Positions 1-9,758 of a stretch of 64,000 bases of DNA are shown here, in pieces. The DNA is from a virus (lineage: Duplodnaviria; Heunggongvirae; Uroviricota; Caudoviricetes). The notes beneath the pieces were generated by a model. That model saw nothing but the letters and a program-made list of their open reading frames with translations, ran no database searches and had not been told where the DNA came from. Where the stretch lies: the IMG/VR virus record IMGVR_UViG_3300037467_003075, positions 1 to 64,000 of that record; one strand, given 5' to 3'. Each line of letters begins with the position of its first letter. The first letter of the stretch is position 1. A program made the position numbers and the translations under genes.

Positions 1-1443
1 GGCCTTGATAAAGGTATATTCTTCGCCAAAGGCATCCATAATTCAGATGAATTTGATCTTTTTAATTCCACAGAACATACTGATAGCTTTGTTCATCCAT
101 GGATGGTAACAGGTGCAATGGGTGGCGGCAAAACAACACTAATCAATAATATGTGTCTGTCTAGGTCAATGGATGGTCATGGAGTTATAATATTGGACAC
201 TCAAGGCGACCAATCGAGAGAATTTTTGGCACAGCTCCCACAGTCAGAATGGCACAGGGTGGTATGGCTCAACTTTGGCGATTACGACTACCCTGTTCCC
301 GTTGATATGTTGGAAACTGTTCCAGTTGCAAATCCGCGCCATCAAAAATTCATGATGCAGTTCGCAAAGAATGAATTAGTTGAGCTATTTAAGCGAATGT
401 TTGGTCAAAACTTCGGCCCCCAGACTGAATATATTATTAGACACATCATCACGGCTACAATGACGAGTGGGCAAAGTTCATTTCTGGAAATGTTTCGCAT
501 GCTTGTTGACGATGAGTTCCGCGAAGAAATTACAAATAGAATTAAATTCAAGGCACCATTTAGCTGGTCATTCTGGCGCAACTTCCAGGACAATTTTGCC
601 TTGCCACAGAAAATGCGTATGATGATGCCAAGTATTAATAAAATTGGTTCATTTGTTGAGAATCCAATCGTTATGAATATTACAAGCCAAGGGCTAGGAA
701 GCCAGAATTACTCTTTCCGTAAATTAATGGATGAAGGAAAGATTGTTGTTGTGACAATACCAAAGGGCAGATTAATTGGCACATGGCAACTAATTGGCAG
801 GCTGATACTTGGAAAGATATGGACAGCTGCGCTCTCGCGGGAGAACGAACCTATTCCAAAACGTAGGCCAGCTTTCCTTTTTATTGATGAGGCAAAAGAC
901 TTGATCGAGGGCAGTGACAACCTTGATATCATGCTGTCACAGGCACGCAAGTTCCGCCTTGGTTTAGTGTTCGGATTCCAGTACTTAGATCAAATCAAGG
1001 CTGCCAATAAACGTGTGTACGATGCGCTGATAGGAAATAAGCCGAATATTGTAGCTCTTAAGGTCGGTGGAAAAGATGCGGAGGCATACGAGGAGCTATT
1101 CAAGGGCTATTACAATCGTCACGAAATGGACTTTCCTGACCTTCATGGCATTGCCAAGCTTAATATTTCAGGAACGTACTCGTCACCGTTTACAATTCGC
1201 ATTCCCTATAACTTTTTTACCCGCGACAATTCACCAAGACAGCCAAATGAGGACGCACTAGATACCTTGCAGGAACAGAGTAGAAAATTATACGCTAGAC
1301 CAATTGAGGAAGTTGAGAAAGCAGTTGAGTCACGGTATGGAGATATTATTAAACAGCTTGAGCTGGTCGAAGGATTCGAGGATGGGAAAGAAGAAATTGA
1401 GCTATCTGAGGACATGATTGAACAGTTAAGAAAAATGGAGTAG
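1..1443 (+). CDS. P-loop NTPase, conjugative coupling-protein-like (TraD/TraG/VirD4 or DUF87/HerA-like AAA); 5' end lies outside the window
   Basis: Reading frame is open from nt 1. Walker A GAMGGGKTT; Walker B-like FLFIDEAKD; the next gene is replication-relaxation family. Confidence 0.5.
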   Translation, partial: GLDKGIFFAKGIHNSDEFDLFNSTEHTDSFVHPWMVTGAMGGGKTTLINNMCLSRSMDGHGVIILDTQGDQSREFLAQLPQSEWHRVVWLNFGDYDYPVPVDMLETVPVANPRHQKFMMQFAKNELVELFKRMFGQNFGPQTEYIIRHIITATMTSGQSSFLEMFRMLVDDEFREEITNRIKFKAPFSWSFWRNFQDNFALPQKMRMMMPSINKIGSFVENPIVMNITSQGLGSQNYSFRKLMDEGKIVVVTIPKGRLIGTWQLIGRLILGKIWTAALSRENEPIPKRRPAFLFIDEAKDLIEGSDNLDIMLSQARKFRLGLVFGFQYLDQIKAANKRVYDALIGNKPNIVALKVGGKDAEAYEELFKGYYNRHEMDFPDLHGIAKLNISGTYSSPFTIRIPYNFFTRDNSPRQPNEDALDTLQEQSRKLYARPIEEVEKAVESRYGDIIKQLELVEGFEDGKEEIELSEDMIEQLRKME

Positions 1444-1477
1444 TGGGTTCTATTTATTTCGTCAAGGAGGATGAAAT

Positions 1478-2458
1478 ATGTTTGTTCCAGAAAGAAGAAC
1501 AATAAATAAATACAAAAGAGAGCCTATTCGCATCAATGACGAGCATATAAAAAAAGTACTTTCTTGGATTACAGAAAGAGATGTTCGTATTCTAAAGTTA
1601 TTGCTGACCCATCCATTTTTAAAAACAAGTCAGATAGAAATGATGGTTTTTTCTGACTTAAAACCATCATCATGGAGAACAAAATGCAATGAACGGATGA
1701 GGAGACTATATCATGCGCACTGTGTTGATAGATGGTACACTCCTGTTGGCAGTGGTGAAGGTTCGTCAGAGGCGCATTATGTGTTGGATAATCTTGGAAC
1801 AAAGATACTCGCAATAAAACTTGGCTATAAAGAGGAAATAAACAAGTTCCGTAAAAGGGTATATCTGCCACAGACCTACAAACATAGCCTTAAAATATTT
1901 GACTTCAAAGCCATGCTTCATGTACTAAACAGACAAATTGGAGTTATCGATGGGCATACTGTAGGGGAAATTTTGAAGTGGAGAACAGAGCATGAGGCAA
2001 CAATTAACTATCGGAGCGATGGCAAGAAGGGCCAAGTGATTCCTGATGCGTTTTGCATCTATAAATATACTCCAACCTTAGTAAAGCCTTTCTTCTTAGA
2101 GTGTGATAATGCAACGATGGACTTGAACCAGTTGAAAAGTAAAATACGGCGCTATTTAGACTGCTACGAAAGCGGCGACTGGCGAGAAACAGATTGGGCA
2201 AGGCTCATAAAAACGTTTCCACCAGTTATTATCGTCATGCACTCGTTTGATGATGTTCGTAAATTAACCGCTTTCATTAGAACAAATAAATCAAATATTA
2301 GATTCTTACTCACAACATATAGTGATTTAATTACAAGAAATTTCAAATCATATCCAAACAACCACGGAAAAGTCAGAGAAGTGCTTAGCGATATAAAAAT
2401 AAACTTATTGGAACCGATATATGTAAATCCATACGAGAAAGGGAGAGCTGTGTTGTAG
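1478..2458 (+). CDS. replication-relaxation family protein (plasmid/ICE-type winged-helix N-terminus)
   Basis: N-terminal ITERDVRILKLLLTHPFLKTSQIEMMVF resembles the Replic_Relax signature. RBS AAGGAGG precedes the ATG. Sits downstream of the coupling-ATPase-like gene. Confidence 0.45.
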   Translation: MFVPERRTINKYKREPIRINDEHIKKVLSWITERDVRILKLLLTHPFLKTSQIEMMVFSDLKPSSWRTKCNERMRRLYHAHCVDRWYTPVGSGEGSSEAHYVLDNLGTKILAIKLGYKEEINKFRKRVYLPQTYKHSLKIFDFKAMLHVLNRQIGVIDGHTVGEILKWRTEHEATINYRSDGKKGQVIPDAFCIYKYTPTLVKPFFLECDNATMDLNQLKSKIRRYLDCYESGDWRETDWARLIKTFPPVIIVMHSFDDVRKLTAFIRTNKSNIRFLLTTYSDLITRNFKSYPNNHGKVREVLSDIKINLLEPIYVNPYEKGRAVL

Positions 2459-2478
2459 GCTCTCCCTCTTTTATTTGC
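2441..2478. terminator. bidirectional rho-independent terminator between convergent genes
   Basis: GGGAGAGC-tgtgttgtag-GCTCTCCC followed by TCTTTTATTT. Confidence 0.5.
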
Positions 2479-2543
2479 CATCCAATCGTTCTATTATCAT
2501 TCGACACTCAACGGTTCCGCCATCATTTTATCCATCCTTTTCT

Positions 2544-2879
2544 TTATAGGTAAAGTGACCAGTAGATAGCATCTCTTTGCGCAGATTCGAGTGTAGGCGT
2601 TTCTGCGTATGTATCGTCTTCATCGCCCAAATCATGCTCAGCGTTGTCGTAGCGGTAAAAGGCCATTTGTTTTACGGCATCACTCTCTGATACCGGGAGG
2701 CTCCTATTGAACACTTGTTCCTCTGCAATCCTTCTGGATAGTTCTTCCCTTGCTTTATTGATGTATTCCCTAAGAAAAAGGAAAGCACCTTGTGCCGTAT
2801 CTGCTCCTTCATATTTGACACCCAGTAGATATTCGCATGCCTGAATAGCTCCCCTCTGCTTAGGAGACATCGGCTTCAT
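2544..2879 (-). CDS. hypothetical protein
   Basis: 111 aa ORF with RBS; convergent with the upstream plus-strand gene across a shared hairpin. Confidence 0.4.
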   Translation of the reverse strand: MKPMSPKQRGAIQACEYLLGVKYEGADTAQGAFLFLREYINKAREELSRRIAEEQVFNRSLPVSESDAVKQMAFYRYDNAEHDLGDEDDTYAETPTLESAQRDAIYWSLYL

Positions 2880-3030
2880 TAGACATATCCTCCTTTTTCT
2901 TATTTGGTTTCACCTTCGTAATCGGCTTAACACCATTCCAACTCCCACGCATAGCTCTAGGGTCTATTTTTAGACCTTGCCTGATCTTATGTGTTAGTTT
3001 CTTTTGTGACTCCGTTTTTGACATACTCAA

Positions 3031-3321
3031 TCACCACTCAATTATAAATGTACAGTCATGATAATCTGAACTATAAGTCACTTTAAATCCAAGTTTTTTA
3101 AGCTCTTCTTTTGCTTTTTTAACCAAATCAATTTTATAAACCCAATTTTCTTTGTTTAGTCCACTATAGACACCAATTTGTAGTGAATTTGATGTCGATG
3201 GATTAGAGGATGCAACTTCGAACATTGCGCGGAAAAGTGTAGGACTGATTTCTTCCCACCATTTGTTTGCAAAGTTTTCTTTTGTTTCTTCTGATATTTT
3301 TCTAAGCTCATCTGCTTTCAT
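3031..3321 (-). CDS. hypothetical protein
   Basis: 96 aa ORF, tightly packed minus-strand block. Confidence 0.4.
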   Translation of the reverse strand: MKADELRKISEETKENFANKWWEEISPTLFRAMFEVASSNPSTSNSLQIGVYSGLNKENWVYKIDLVKKAKEELKKLGFKVTYSSDYHDCTFIIEW

Positions 3322-3533
3322 TTTTCATAAACCTCCCCTATTCGCTATCGTCAAATTCCATGTAATTATTCAACTTTTCTTGTAAATCGCTATTTAATAT
3401 TCCACCATAACCTCCGCCAAGCGCAAGCCATATTTCAGTCAGTAATCCATCTGCCTGTTTTAAATGCTGAAGTTGATTAATAAGCTCAGATACCATATCT
3501 GGATTTTTCGACATATCATCACAACCCTAATAG

Positions 3534-3869
3534 TTAATTTTTATCACTACCTTTAACTAACTCTACTAACCTTCTACCTTTATCATTCAGATGCACATAT
3601 CTGTCGCCAAAATTATAATCGCTACCCCGACTAATAAATCCGTTTCTAATTAGACGGTCTACTTCATGTTCTATAAATGGGTCTTTAGGAAAATGATCGT
3701 TCGCATACCATATATACATATTGTGTTCTGCCTGGTCAAGATATTTTAAAATCTCAACCTCTCTGTCTGACAAATTCATTTCTTCCGTCCAAATGATTCT
3801 CATAATTCTATTCTCCTTTTTAATTAAATTTCGTAGCCATACCTTTGTTCGTGTTGTGAGTGACCGCAA
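3534..3869 (-). CDS. hypothetical protein
   Basis: 111 aa ORF. Confidence 0.4.
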   Translation of the reverse strand: MRSLTTRTKVWLRNLIKKENRIMRIIWTEEMNLSDREVEILKYLDQAEHNMYIWYANDHFPKDPFIEHEVDRLIRNGFISRGSDYNFGDRYVHLNDKGRRLVELVKGSDKN

Positions 3870-4069
3870 TCAAGACATGTAACAAGACGTTCCATAACAT
3901 CAGAGCTGCCACTATCCAGCACTTTGTACCATGGGCTTTTTGTTGTGTTTTCATGTTGACACTTTTTTGTCAGTTCGTCTAATGCTTTATTGATTCGATC
4001 TAGTTCTGCTAGATGAAATCTCTTTTCGGTGCGCAATCTTCTGATCTGTTCACCAATAGGCTTAGTCAT
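3824..4069 (-). CDS. hypothetical coiled-coil / zinc-ribbon protein (paralog of 4313-4636)
   Basis: CQHEN...CLDCGHS motif shared with the ORF at 4313-4636 (CKHES...CTECS). Confidence 0.4.
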   Translation of the reverse strand: MTKPIGEQIRRLRTEKRFHLAELDRINKALDELTKKCQHENTTKSPWYKVLDSGSSDVMERLVTCLDCGHSQHEQRYGYEI

Positions 4070-4313
4070 AATATTTTACCCCTCCAAAATCAAAATTAAG
4101 GAAGTCCATTGTATATATGTCGAACCCACCTGTGCCGATATTAATCTGAATATAAGATTCCTCTCCATCTTCATCCTCAAAAGTCAATTTAAGTTCAGTA
4201 ATTTCTTCGTGGTCATAGGTGGTATGTCTTTCCTCAATTTTTCTTGTTTCTAACTGCTCAATGTTCTTTAGTCTTTTTCCAACAAATTGATTAAACAGGT
4301 TTTCGTATAACAT
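4062..4313 (-). CDS. hypothetical acidic protein
   Basis: 83 aa ORF. Confidence 0.35.
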   Translation of the reverse strand: MLYENLFNQFVGKRLKNIEQLETRKIEERHTTYDHEEITELKLTFEDEDGEESYIQINIGTGGFDIYTMDFLNFDFGGVKYYD

Positions 4314-4636
4314 TATATTTTACCCTCCCTGGCGGCTTTTTCCCATTCAAATGAATTTGCCCACATAGAATCGGTGTATCTCATTTCATTCCATGAGACA
4401 CTACATTCTGTACATTTAACATGCCTTGTTTCAATTACCCTTTTGCCCGTTTTGTCATATTGATATGCCAAGTCATACATCCAACGCTCAAGTTCAATTG
4501 GCTCAGACATTTCTAAAGATTCATGTTTACATTCGCTTTGTAATTTGTGAATCTCATTGAGTATTTTCCTTGTTTCCGCACTTAGTCTTTCTTTGATATT
4601 ATGTAGTTCGTCTAACCTTACTCTTATTTCACCCAT
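4313..4636 (-). CDS. hypothetical coiled-coil / zinc-ribbon protein
   Basis: 107 aa; Cys pairs CKHE / CTECS. Confidence 0.4.
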   Translation of the reverse strand: MGEIRVRLDELHNIKERLSAETRKILNEIHKLQSECKHESLEMSEPIELERWMYDLAYQYDKTGKRVIETRHVKCTECSVSWNEMRYTDSMWANSFEWEKAAREGKI

Positions 4637-5059
4637 TATTAGTCACCTAATTCAAATAATATTGGAATATATTTTTCCACTTTATCCGCCAATTCTTTTT
4701 CATATGCTCTTCTTTCCGCGAATGGTATTTGCTAGGCAGTAGCTTAGCGTATACGCCCCAATGTGCCACGGCCCTAACTTCAAATTCGGCGGAAAATCCA
4801 GAATTGTGCCCAGTGTGACCTAACGCTTCAATCATGTCGCCTTTATGTAGGATACTAGGAAGTCTTTTATGATTACTACACATTATATTGCCAAACATAT
4901 AAGTCATGCTAATTCACCATCCTTATGATCGCCGCACAAAATGCAGCAAATATTACTAGTATAACACCAGTTATCAGTCCTATAATAAAGCCCCTATATG
5001 TATCATCGCTCCACTTTATCATTTATTCTACCCCCAAAAGGGGGGCAATTTTGCCCCCA

Positions 5060-5323
5060 TTAATATTCGTCTGTCAATAGGACTGTTGTGTATGATCTAT
5101 CCCACTCCGTTATAATATAAAAATATATTCCGTCTTCACTCTTATATTTAGAGAGAATACGGTCGTTTCCATTCTTAACGGCATTCTCATTCATTATTTT
5201 GTCCTCACAAGGAAGTTCACCCCAATCACCATTTGAATGTCGCCCTAGTGCATCGTACGTTTCAGACAGAGGGATTGAAGCCATAACCCCCCTAGTTACA
5301 ACTACTTTACCTAAGTTAAACAT
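5060..5323 (-). CDS. hypothetical protein
   Basis: 87 aa ORF. Confidence 0.35.
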   Translation of the reverse strand: MFNLGKVVVTRGVMASIPLSETYDALGRHSNGDWGELPCEDKIMNENAVKNGNDRILSKYKSEDGIYFYIITEWDRSYTTVLLTDEY

Positions 5324-5357
5324 ATAACGTATCCTCCTTTGTGGTAGAAGGGGTAGC

Positions 5358-6290
5358 TTACGCTACCGCCTTCAAAAGTTGATATGTTTTGTCAAACAGT
5401 GTGTCGCCACTTACTACGCTAGCGAATCGATTTTCGGCAAATGTTGAGGTTCTACGAGCTGGCTCACCGTGACCAACAAAATCGCTTACTGCGTTGATTA
5501 CTTGCCATCCAGTGTGACGGAACTTTGTGATATCGTCAGCTCTCATCGCCCGTTGGATAGCTTCGCGCTTGCGCATAACAGTGTTAGCCGCCCGCTCATT
5601 AACACGGGAATCAATCGGCAGAAGCTCGTTGAGAATTTCAATGAACTTGTTGTCAGGAATGTAGATGTCAGCAAGCTCATTTGCTTCTTCATTAAGTTTA
5701 TCCATGTAGTTTGTGGCAAGGCCAAGTGTACGTTGTGCTTCACTGAATTTTGCTGCAATATCTCCTACGTGCGTTGCACTCCATGAGCGGCTAGCTTGAC
5801 GGATAGCCATGTTCAACGTATTCTGGCACACTACACGGACAGGAGTCATTAAGGCGCGGATAGCGCCAGTGCCATCGTGGGACATAAAGAAGCAAATATA
5901 CGGGTCAAACTTATCGCCAAGAATATCATAGTCACGGTTCATTCTGGCAAGCATCCACACTTGGCGACCGTCCTTAAGGCTACCAGCCGTTTCGTATCGC
6001 ACTTCTCCTTCGCCAATCAAGCTGTCAGTAAAGGAGAAAGCTTCGCGGTTCTGCACAATTTGATAGCGGTCTGTTACGATACCAAGCACATTTTCGTTGT
6101 CGCTACGCACGTTTGCTTTAGTATTCGCTACTTCCTTACCGTTTACGAATACAGGCACTTGATTTACTTCCCAATCAAGGCCAGCAAGTTTAATTGCCGC
6201 CACTGAGTCGGGTGCTTCCTCAACCACTACTCCAAGACCATGCCAAGGGACTTGACGAACACTGAACATTTCGGAAACATTAGCTGGCAA
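5358..6290 (-). CDS. DUF932 family phage/plasmid-like protein
   Basis: N-terminal MFSVRQVPWHGLG...AIKLAGLDWEV...RSDNENVLGIV..YQIVQNREAFSF...YETAGSL..GRQVWMLA matches the DUF932 / TIGR03299 signature. TTG start follows AGGAGG. Confidence 0.7.
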   Translation of the reverse strand: MPANVSEMFSVRQVPWHGLGVVVEEAPDSVAAIKLAGLDWEVNQVPVFVNGKEVANTKANVRSDNENVLGIVTDRYQIVQNREAFSFTDSLIGEGEVRYETAGSLKDGRQVWMLARMNRDYDILGDKFDPYICFFMSHDGTGAIRALMTPVRVVCQNTLNMAIRQASRSWSATHVGDIAAKFSEAQRTLGLATNYMDKLNEEANELADIYIPDNKFIEILNELLPIDSRVNERAANTVMRKREAIQRAMRADDITKFRHTGWQVINAVSDFVGHGEPARRTSTFAENRFASVVSGDTLFDKTYQLLKAVA

Positions 6291-6320
6291 ATTAATCGTC
6301 CTCCTAAATAAAATGTATTT

Positions 6321-6509
6321 TTAGATTCTAAAGCTTTCCGCAATAGCTTTTGCTACTTCAATTTTCTTATCATCTGGAATCAAGTGACTGATTCGATGCC
6401 AGATATCGCTTGGTACGCTTGAAACACTGTGATAGTTCGCATCTTCAAGCATATTTCCAGTCTCTTCAATGATAGTCCATGCTTCTGCGCTTGCCATTGT
6501 GTGCGCCAT
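6321..6509 (-). CDS. hypothetical protein
   Basis: 62 aa ORF. Confidence 0.3.
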   Translation of the reverse strand: MAHTMASAEAWTIIEETGNMLEDANYHSVSSVPSDIWHRISHLIPDDKKIEVAKAIAESFRI

Positions 6510-6807
6510 TTTGGTTGCCCTCCGTTTTATTTGATACTTAGATTATAAATCATTATTACCTAATTGTCAAATAATAATTCGTAAAATTTTTTATTCTTGT
6601 ATTTACAAAGTGACTTAGGCAACGTTTATTACCCCCTATTCAGTGAAAGTTCGATTACAATCATTGCACTGGTATCCAACAAGAATCTTTTCGTGGCCCA
6701 TTCCACCGCCAGTTTTAGCGTATCCTGCATGACCTAAACAAGTCACATTAGAACTACTACAGTACGGGCAGATATACTTATCTCCGATTTTCATACCTAA
6801 TCACCCC

Positions 6808-7053
6808 TTAAGTGTTTTTAAATTTCTCTTTCAATCTAATATATTCGTTCCACTCAGGGTCTAATTTTTGAGCGTAGACACTCCATGCTGGAGGAATCTC
6901 GTTCTTTTGACCGTACTGATAAAACCTGACTTGTTGTTCGAGTTCGTTAGCTCCACCGTCGCCCCACTCACCAGCAAATCCCGCATCTTTTCGTCGTTTC
7001 TCTGCATCCTGTAAGATTAGAGCAATCAGTTGATCGATATCTTTATTTTCCAT
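6808..7053 (-). CDS. hypothetical protein
   Basis: 81 aa ORF. Confidence 0.35.
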   Translation of the reverse strand: MENKDIDQLIALILQDAEKRRKDAGFAGEWGDGGANELEQQVRFYQYGQKNEIPPAWSVYAQKLDPEWNEYIRLKEKFKNT

Positions 7054-7054
7054 C

Positions 7055-7291
7055 TTATTCCCCCCTTAAGAATCCATAAAGGATATTTAATACAGGCTCA
7101 TCGGTGGAATGAATTGTAATTGTGTCGCCAGTCTTAATACCAAGCGAGAAAAGTCCAAGAATACTTTTACAGTCAATTTTTTGATTCTTCTTTTCGATTT
7201 CAACAGCAAACTCTGATGCAGATGCAATATGTGTAGCTGTGGCAAGCTCTTGAATCGTTAGGTCTTTGGTCATTGTGATTTCATATTTCAT
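7055..7291 (-). CDS. HPr-like phosphocarrier-fold protein
   Basis: KSILGLFSLGIKTGDTITIHSTDEP aligns with HPr KSIMGVMSLGV..G..VTI..G.DE; a His sits in the N-terminal helix region (ATHIASASEF). A near-consensus promoter (TTGACA-N17-TATAAT) lies at 7324-7352. Confidence 0.45.
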   Translation of the reverse strand: MKYEITMTKDLTIQELATATHIASASEFAVEIEKKNQKIDCKSILGLFSLGIKTGDTITIHSTDEPVLNILYGFLRGE

Positions 7292-7314
7292 TTGTTCTCG
7301 CCTCCGTTTTAGAT

Positions 7315-7355
7315 TATACTTATATTATAAGCATTCAGCGGCGACTTGTCAAGTA
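7315..7355 (-). promoter_or_regulatory. sigma-A-type promoter TTGACA-N17-TATAAT followed by ATAAGTATAAT
   Basis: rc: cTTGACAagtcgccgctgaatgctTATAATATaagtataatc. Confidence 0.5.
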
Positions 7356-7561
7356 ACTTTTACCGAAATTTTACCTTCTTTCACAAGCTGCTGAATTAGG
7401 TCAGCCATTTCCTGTGCACCCAAGTTGTAAGCGGCCGCCATAGCTTCCCTTAGCAAGTATGTCGCATCCCTTGTTCCAATTGAATTTTCGATACACTTAC
7501 CAAGCATTTGTAATTTAGCAGTTGTCACAAGGTAATCAAGTTTTTCTGACAAGTCCGCCAC
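7349..7561 (-). CDS. hypothetical protein
   Basis: 70 aa ORF. Confidence 0.35.
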   Translation of the reverse strand: MADLSEKLDYLVTTAKLQMLGKCIENSIGTRDATYLLREAMAAAYNLGAQEMADLIQQLVKEGKISVKVT

Positions 7562-7667
7562 CGTCCTTTATGTTGCTCTCGTTGTTTTAATTATACCCCC
7601 TATTATAACAACTCAATACTTGATTGTCAAATAAAAAGACAGTTAAGTTTTCCTGTATTTAAAATTG

Positions 7668-8066
7668 TCAAGGAGAAGATTGTAAAACCTCAATGCTTTT
7701 GATGAATTCCCAACGACTTCCTTCAAGATATTCAATTTTTACAGTATCCCCTAAGTGAATTTTGGCTAAGTCAATATCTGCAATCTTATCAGTTACTTCA
7801 TAATTTGTTCTATCGTTAATCTCAATTGATTTCTTATTGTTATTAGCGGTAATTTGTGTTACAGTACCCGATATTTGTGAGATACTATTTTTTTTGATTG
7901 CTGTATCAATATCATCTGAGTAGCCTGGCATAACAAAGATAACAGCAACCAGAATTACTACAATGCCTACAAATATGGCACTAGGCGAACCATCCTCGAT
8001 TATGCCAGCAAAAACAAATAGGAGGCCGATAATAATCAATATCCATGCTAAAGCTACCATGTTCAA
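7668..8066 (-). CDS. membrane-anchored protein
   Basis: Two N-terminal hydrophobic helices. Confidence 0.4.
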   Translation of the reverse strand: MNMVALAWILIIIGLLFVFAGIIEDGSPSAIFVGIVVILVAVIFVMPGYSDDIDTAIKKNSISQISGTVTQITANNNKKSIEINDRTNYEVTDKIADIDLAKIHLGDTVKIEYLEGSRWEFIKSIEVLQSSP

Positions 8067-8740
8067 TTGCTCCTTTCAAATTTTAATTTCGGGAAAATCT
8101 CAATAAAAATCTTTGCGATATTCCTGGCATCTGAAATTGCGCGGTGGTGCGTACCATCAAGCGTTAGACCTAACATATTAAGTGCTGTTGCCATACCTAC
8201 GCCACGCTTATTGCCAATCATTTGCCCATGCTGGTGCTTGATTGAGATATGGCTAGCAAACACATCGGCAAATGCCTCGTACATATGTTTGTGTTTCTTC
8301 AAATCGGAAAGAATCATCTTCTTGTCGTAGAAACCCCATGAACAGAACCAAGTAGGCTTCTCTGTAAACCAATCTTTCGAAGTGCGAATATCAGTTGCCC
8401 ACTCATAAAACTTAGGAAAGACAATATCAAATGTGTCTGCTCCATCAACGTCAGATTGTGTTATGCTGGTCAACTCTTCACAGAAGTAGGTGATTGTAGG
8501 ATGTATAATTGGTCTAATAAAAGACTGAAACTCATCTACAATCTCAAGTTTTTCATTTAGCTTCACCGCGCCGATTTCAATGATTTCACTCTCGCCATTA
8601 GGAATTTCCTTGCCGCAACTCGCCTCAAGATCAAAGATGACATAATTTGTCATTTCTTCATACTCCTTTCCATGTTCTACTCTGTTTAATATTTGCAAAT
8701 ACCTTTCTTGTTGGCCCAAAATCTTTCTTGCATTCGGCAT
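8063..8740 (-). CDS. DEDDh 3'-5' exonuclease (DnaQ/KapD-like)
   Basis: Exo motif I VIFDLEAS; later H and D motifs; 225 aa. Confidence 0.6.
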   Translation of the reverse strand: MPNARKILGQQERYLQILNRVEHGKEYEEMTNYVIFDLEASCGKEIPNGESEIIEIGAVKLNEKLEIVDEFQSFIRPIIHPTITYFCEELTSITQSDVDGADTFDIVFPKFYEWATDIRTSKDWFTEKPTWFCSWGFYDKKMILSDLKKHKHMYEAFADVFASHISIKHQHGQMIGNKRGVGMATALNMLGLTLDGTHHRAISDARNIAKIFIEIFPKLKFERSN

Positions 8741-9188
8741 GCTACCTTGAAAATTTTTCTTGCTTTAAGATATTTTCCTTTTGCAAATTCTTCATATGCC
8801 CAAAATTTCATTTCGTTGTGCGCAAGCAATCCGTCACGCAATAGCCTCGACCACCCTTAGTTTAAATGTTCGATAATAACTTCACTAGAATTGCTGCGTT
8901 GATAGCCTGTTTTTATAACTCGCATCTTTCCACACTTGCACTTTTCAAAATCCAGAACATGATAGTGAGTAACGTCAGTCTTATAATGTTTGAACTTGCA
9001 CGCATGCTCTTTCTTTTTAAACCACAACATTTTTCTCAACGCCTTTTTCTTTAATCAAATATTTAATTACGGAACCATCATCCATTTTTACCGCAGCGAT
9101 TGTCTTGCAGTAGTGAGTATGAATGATAGACACAATCACACCACCATTAAGCTCATCGCCTAGCCATTTGACCATTTGCTTTTCCTCC

Positions 9189-9428
9189 TTATACAGCAGA
9201 TACAATAAGCCGCGCAAACCAATAAATATGTGGGAAAAGAAGTGGGAGTAAAGCATATTTCCAACCAACAAAGTCGTTATCAGTCAAATAAAAGATTGTG
9301 CTTCCTATTCCTATTACCAGGTATCCGACTACAAGCCATGGAGAAATACGCCACAGTCCACATAGTCCTAAAATTGTGCCAAAGATAAGGAATCCAAAGG
9401 TCAACCAGAATGATACCCTGTAGTCCAT
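9189..9428 (-). CDS. small membrane protein
   Basis: Hydrophobic 79 aa. Confidence 0.35.
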   Translation of the reverse strand: MDYRVSFWLTFGFLIFGTILGLCGLWRISPWLVVGYLVIGIGSTIFYLTDNDFVGWKYALLPLLFPHIYWFARLIVSAV

Positions 9429-9758
9429 ACTACTATTCCTCCTTAATGTCCACCATTTGCATTACTGTGCAATTCGCATAGCCCAACATGAAAGCCTTGG
9501 CAAACAATTGAACCTGTCATTCCGTTGCAGATAAAAGCGTCTAACTTTAGACAGATAGCTTTTTCGCGATTCGTTACTCGGCATTATTCTTCACTGTCCT
9601 TTTCAATTGATAGTTCTACGCTAAGTTTGCCTTTAGCAAACACACCTTCATCCCAAGACCAAGTTGCTTTATTTACTGTATACCCTTTATTCTTCATATA
9701 TTTGTCTAACTGCCTCAAAAGTTTCTAATTGACTTAATTCGCATTTTAGATTCATTTT

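Noticed and set aside
5469-6206. Plus-strand ORFs at 5469-5786 and 5877-6206
   Set aside because: They are antisense to the well-supported DUF932 gene.
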